NCBI GenBank assembly: GCA_963668645.2
Contig: CAXXWC010000007.1
Span: 1-23,146, forward strand
Direction of reading: 5' to 3'
DNA: 23,146 nucleotides
DNA from: Desulfobacterales bacterium
GTDB taxonomy: Bacteria; Desulfobacterota; Desulfobacteria; Desulfobacterales; UBA2174
Shown: piece after piece, positions 17,263 through 23,146 of the stretch
Layout: every line of letters starts with the position of its first letter
Position numbering within the stretch: position 1 is the stretch's first letter
Notes under the pieces: model-generated
Database searches by the model: none
Told to the model about the DNA's origin: nothing
Seen by the model: the letters and a program-made list of their open reading frames with translations, nothing else
Program-made: the position numbers and the translations under genes

Positions 17263-17880
17263 ATGAATCCTCCCCCCTATAACGAACGCCTTCGCCCGGA
17301 AACTTATCAGCGCCTCGAAACGGCGGTCATGGAAATCTTTTCCCAGGCGGATTTTCACAAGGCCAACATGCGTGAGGTGGCTCGCCGCGCCGGGGTGAGC
17401 TTTTCCACGATCTACAACCATTACGGAAGCAAGGAGCGGTTGGTCTTTGCCTTCGTCGATATCTGGCTCGGCAAACTCACCGAACGGATCTTCGACCACC
17501 TCAAAGGGATCGAAAGCCTCAAGGAAAAGCTGCACCAAGTCCTATGGCTGCAACTCGACTATTACGAGTGCAATCCGGGCCTGGGCCGGATCCTTTTCAT
17601 GACCCTGCCGATGCAGACCTGGATGGCGGACGAAACCTTTCAGCAGAAAAAGATGATTCACCTTTACCTCGACGTGCTGCGCCGCGGCCAGGCCGAAGGG
17701 GTGCTCAACGACCGGGTGCGCCCCGGTGTGCTCCTCGATTTCATGCTCGGCTTTGTCCAGCGTACCTTTTTCATGTGGATCGCCCGGGGCCAACCCCATG
17801 GCCTTGCCGACCAGACCAACGTCTTTTTCGAGATGATCTGGCGGGCCATCGTCAATCCGGAGCCGACCGATGGCGGGTGA
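17263..17880 (+). CDS. TetR/AcrR family transcriptional regulator (alternative start 17257)
   Basis: N-terminal HTH: F....F..ANMREVARRAGVS.STIYNHYGSKE.L; helical ~200-aa size. Confidence 0.92.
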   Translation: MNPPPYNERLRPETYQRLETAVMEIFSQADFHKANMREVARRAGVSFSTIYNHYGSKERLVFAFVDIWLGKLTERIFDHLKGIESLKEKLHQVLWLQLDYYECNPGLGRILFMTLPMQTWMADETFQQKKMIHLYLDVLRRGQAEGVLNDRVRPGVLLDFMLGFVQRTFFMWIARGQPHGLADQTNVFFEMIWRAIVNPEPTDGG

Positions 17881-18041
17881 CCATCCTTGAACACGGTTTT
17901 AAAACGATTCTTTATCCGGCGGACCGGCCGGGGCCGGCCGATCCGTCACAACCCTTATCATTGCAGTAAATCTATTGAATCGCGCCCGGCCTCCGGGTGC
18001 AAGCGGAAACACCTGCAAGAGTCAGGCAAAGGAGACGCAAG

Positions 18042-20171
<2,130 letters not shown>

Positions 20172-20197
20172 CCGTTTGACTATTCCGGCTTGATGCT

Positions 20198-20319
20198 CTC
20201 GTAAAACGGCTGCTGCGACAACCACAAAGACACCGGAAACGAAAAAGAGGGAAAAAACAGCTTTAGTATGCTAAAGATGGCCTTTTTTGTGTCTTTGTGG
20301 TTAATGCAGATTTTACGAG
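20198..20319. repeat. Nested inverted-repeat (REP/MITE-like) element between scpA and meaB
   Basis: CTCGTAAAA/TTTTACGAG (20198-20206/20311-20319), AACCACAAAGACAC/GTGTCTTTGTGGTT (20220-20233/20289-20302), CTTTAG/CTAAAG (20261-20276); AT-rich relative to flanks. Confidence 0.7.
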
Positions 20320-20347
20320 TATAGCGAATTTGAAATCCGAAATCCCT

Positions 20348-21340
20348 ATGCTGAGCCAAGACCCCGAATTTTACGTTGAAGGGGTGCTGGCGGGCAACCG
20401 CCGCATCGTGGCCAAGACCATCACCTTGGTGGAAAGCACCCGTGCCGAACACCAGGACCTGGCCCTGGAAATTATCGACCGGCTGATCCCCTACACGGGA
20501 TCTGCGGTGCGCCTGGGGATCACCGGCGTGCCAGGGGTCGGGAAAAGCACCTTCATCGAGGCCTTCGGCATGCAGCGATTGGCCGAGGGCCGTCATCTGG
20601 CGGTCCTGGCGGTGGATCCGAGCAGCAGCCGCAGCGGAGGGAGCATCCTTGCCGACAAGACGCGCATGGAGCGGCTCTCAACAGAAACGGCTGCCTTTAT
20701 CCGCCCCTCCCCATCCGGGGGGACCCTGGGCGGGGTGGCCCGCAAGACCCGTGAGACCATGCTGGTCTGCGAGGCGGCAGGGTTCGATCTGATCATCGTG
20801 GAAACTGTCGGTGTCGGTCAAAGCGAGACCGCGGTGGCCTCCATGGTCGATTTTTTCCTGGTGCTGATGCTGGCCGGGGCCGGCGACGAATTGCAGGGGA
20901 TCAAGAAGGGGGTCCTGGAGCTGGCCGACGCCGTGGTGATCAACAAGGCCGACGGCGAAAACCGGCGGCCGGCCGAGCTGGCCCGGCGCCAGTACGCAAA
21001 CGCCCTGCACCTGCTCATGCCGGCCTCCAAGCACTGGCATGTGCCGGTGATGACGTGCAGCGCCAAGACCGGCGAGGGGCTCGAAGAGATCTGGCAAACG
21101 GTGGCGGAGCACCGCCAGCAGATGCAAAACAGCGGCGAATTCGAGGCCAAACGGAGGGAGCAGGCCAGGTCATGGATGTGGGCACTGATCGAAGAGGGGC
21201 TCAGGACCCGCTTCCGACGGCAGCCGGGGGTCCGCCAGCAATTGCCGCGCATCGAACGCGAAGTGACCACAGGGCGGCTCTCGCCGACCCAGGCGGCCCA
21301 GCGGCTTCTTTTTTCCCTTGACAGGGATGGATCGGTTTAG
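20348..21340 (+). CDS. meaB: Methylmalonyl-CoA mutase-associated GTPase MeaB (ArgK/MMAA family)
   Basis: ITLVES, GITGVPGVGKSTF, AVDPSS..SGGSILADKTRM, FIRPSPS, VETVGVGQSE, GAGDELQGIKKG, NKAD. Confidence 0.95.
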   Translation: MLSQDPEFYVEGVLAGNRRIVAKTITLVESTRAEHQDLALEIIDRLIPYTGSAVRLGITGVPGVGKSTFIEAFGMQRLAEGRHLAVLAVDPSSSRSGGSILADKTRMERLSTETAAFIRPSPSGGTLGGVARKTRETMLVCEAAGFDLIIVETVGVGQSETAVASMVDFFLVLMLAGAGDELQGIKKGVLELADAVVINKADGENRRPAELARRQYANALHLLMPASKHWHVPVMTCSAKTGEGLEEIWQTVAEHRQQMQNSGEFEAKRREQARSWMWALIEEGLRTRFRRQPGVRQQLPRIEREVTTGRLSPTQAAQRLLFSLDRDGSV

Positions 21341-21410
21341 TCGGTTTTGAAGGCAAAGGCATCGGTGCTTGCAATGCACCGGATAAGCGCCGAAAAGAAA
21401 GGATGAAATC

Positions 21411-22964
21411 ATGAGTGTGGTACAGGACAAAATCAAGGATCTGGCACAGCTTGAGGCTCAGATGCGCGCCATGGGCGGTTCCGGAGCAGTGGCCAAGCAC
21501 AAGAAAAACGGCCGGCTGACGGCCCGCGAACGCCTCGACACCCTTTTCGACAAGGGCACCTTTCGCGAGATCGACATGTTCGTGCGTCACCGCTGCGTCA
21601 ATTTCGGCATGGAGTCGGTGGAAATCCCCTCGGACGGGGTGATCACCGGCCACGGGCTGATCGACGGGCGGCCGGTCTTCGCCTTTGCCCAGGATTTTAC
21701 CAGCCGCGCCGGCAGCCTGGGCGAAATGCACGCCAAGAAAATCTGCAAGGTCATGGACCTGGCCCTCAAGGCCGGGGTCCCCTTCGTGGGGCTGAACGAT
21801 TCGGGCGGGGCACGCATCCAGGAAGGGGTCGACGCCCTTTCCGGGTACGGCCAGATCTTCTATCGCAACTCGCTGGCCTCCGGCACCATCCCGCAGATTT
21901 CGGCCATCATGGGCCCCACGGCCGGCGGGGCGGTCTATTCCCCGGCCATGACCGATTTTATCTTCATGGTCAAGAACACCAGCTACATGTTCATCACCGG
22001 GCCTGAGGTGATCAAATCGGTCACCGGCGAGGAGATCACTTTCGAGGATCTGGGCGGTGCCATGACCCACAATGAGAAGAGCGGCGTGGCCCACTTTGCC
22101 TGCGAATCGGACGCCGACACCCTGGCCCAGATCCGCCGGCTCCTCTCCTACCTGCCGTCCAACAACATGGAAGATCCGCCCGTTGCGGCCACCGGCGACA
22201 CCCCCCGGCGCACCGATAAGGCCCTGGACGCCATCGTGCCCGACAGTCCCAACCAGTCCTACGACATGAAGGACGTGATCCGTTCCATTGTCGACAACGG
22301 TGAGTTTTTCGAACCCCACGAGCATTTCGCCAAAAACATCATCGTCTGCCTGGCACGGCTCAACGGCCGCACGGTGGGCATCATCGCCAACCAGCCGGCC
22401 ATGATGGCCGGATGCCTGGACATCGATGCGTCGGACAAGGCCACGCGCTTTATCCGCTTTTGCGACGCCTTCAACATCCCCATGCTGACCATCGCCGACG
22501 TACCCGGCTATCTGCCCGGCAGCAACCAGGAATGGGGAGGGATCATCCGCCACGGCGCCAAGCTGCTCTGGTGCTATTCGGAAGCCACGGTCCCCAAGCT
22601 GCTCCTGGTCACCCGCAAAGATTACGGCGGATCCTATCTGGCCATGTGCAGCAAGGACCTGGGGGCCGACATGGCCTTTGCCTGGCCCACGGCTCAAATC
22701 GCCGTCATGGGCGCCGCCGGAGCGGCCAACATCATCCACCGCAAGGAGATCAAGGCGGCCGCAGACCCGGCGGTCAAGCGCCAGGAAAAGATCGCCGAGT
22801 ACGAAACCCTCTTTTCAAACCCGTACTGCGCCGCGGCCCGAGGGTATATCGATGCGGTGATCCGCCCGAGCGACACCCGTCCAAGGCTCATCGAAGCCCT
22901 GGAGATCATGTGCGCCAAGCGCGAGATACGGCCGCCCAAGAAGCACGGCAACATCCCGATGTAA
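21411..22964 (+). CDS. pccB: Acyl-CoA carboxyltransferase (PccB / transcarboxylase 12S / MmdA family)
   Basis: [68 protein letters not shown]. Confidence 0.93.
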   Translation: MSVVQDKIKDLAQLEAQMRAMGGSGAVAKHKKNGRLTARERLDTLFDKGTFREIDMFVRHRCVNFGMESVEIPSDGVITGHGLIDGRPVFAFAQDFTSRAGSLGEMHAKKICKVMDLALKAGVPFVGLNDSGGARIQEGVDALSGYGQIFYRNSLASGTIPQISAIMGPTAGGAVYSPAMTDFIFMVKNTSYMFITGPEVIKSVTGEEITFEDLGGAMTHNEKSGVAHFACESDADTLAQIRRLLSYLPSNNMEDPPVAATGDTPRRTDKALDAIVPDSPNQSYDMKDVIRSIVDNGEFFEPHEHFAKNIIVCLARLNGRTVGIIANQPAMMAGCLDIDASDKATRFIRFCDAFNIPMLTIADVPGYLPGSNQEWGGIIRHGAKLLWCYSEATVPKLLLVTRKDYGGSYLAMCSKDLGADMAFAWPTAQIAVMGAAGAANIIHRKEIKAAADPAVKRQEKIAEYETLFSNPYCAAARGYIDAVIRPSDTRPRLIEALEIMCAKREIRPPKKHGNIPM

Positions 22965-23008
22965 GACCCGGCCGACAATCTTTAACCCAATCAACATGGG
23001 AGCAGGCC

Positions 23009-23146
23009 ATGAACAACAAGACGAAAGCGGCGGTAGCCGCGGCGGTCTTCGAGTATATTCGCAGCGAAGAAGAAGCCGTCTGCCTTCAGGTGGCGGCCGG
23101 CGGCGGGACCGCAGCCCCGGCAACGGGGCCGGCCGTGGCGGCGCGC
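23009..23146 (+). CDS. Small accessory protein of the carboxyltransferase (epsilon/delta-like), truncated by the window end
   Basis: GGAG RBS then MNNKTKAAVAAAVFEYIRSEEEAVCLQVAAGGGTAAPATGPAVAAR...; open to the window edge; AAVAAAV..Y motif plus Ala/Pro linker; not in the ORF track because it is short and partial. Confidence 0.65.
   Translation, partial: MNNKTKAAVAAAVFEYIRSEEEAVCLQVAAGGGTAAPATGPAVAAR

Overview
GC-rich, gene-dense bacterial chromosomal segment. Gene content and style suggest an anaerobic Desulfobacterota (deltaproteobacterial) genome, which is an inference. Two methylmalonyl-CoA/propionyl-CoA modules bracket a block of housekeeping genes. (1) A minus-strand operon for an ion-pumping biotin-dependent acyl-CoA decarboxylase (carboxyltransferase, beta, OadG/delta-like, biotin carrier; 5274->1157) lies behind a clear sigma54 -24/-12 promoter. 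(2) A plus-strand run encodes mce, a TetR regulator, methylmalonyl-CoA mutase, meaB, a second carboxyltransferase and a truncated small accessory ORF. A Dus-family gene precedes module 1. Between the modules lie an orphan 137-aa ORF, a CobB sirtuin, mpl, an ABCD/BacA-type ABC half-transporter, gatB, DUF2065, queA, tgt, a NifU-type protein and a PLP aminotransferase. The most unusual feature is the decarboxylase delta/gamma subunit, which carries a signal peptide and a ~155-aa extracytoplasmic domain resembling a choice-of-anchor U domain with an Asp-rich (possibly Ca-binding) loop; its beta subunit also has extra polar residues in membrane helices. Non-coding candidates include a C-rich sRNA-like element, a nested palindromic element between the mutase and meaB, a TetR operator and an IHF site. 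No rRNA, tRNA, CRISPR array or transposase was recognised.
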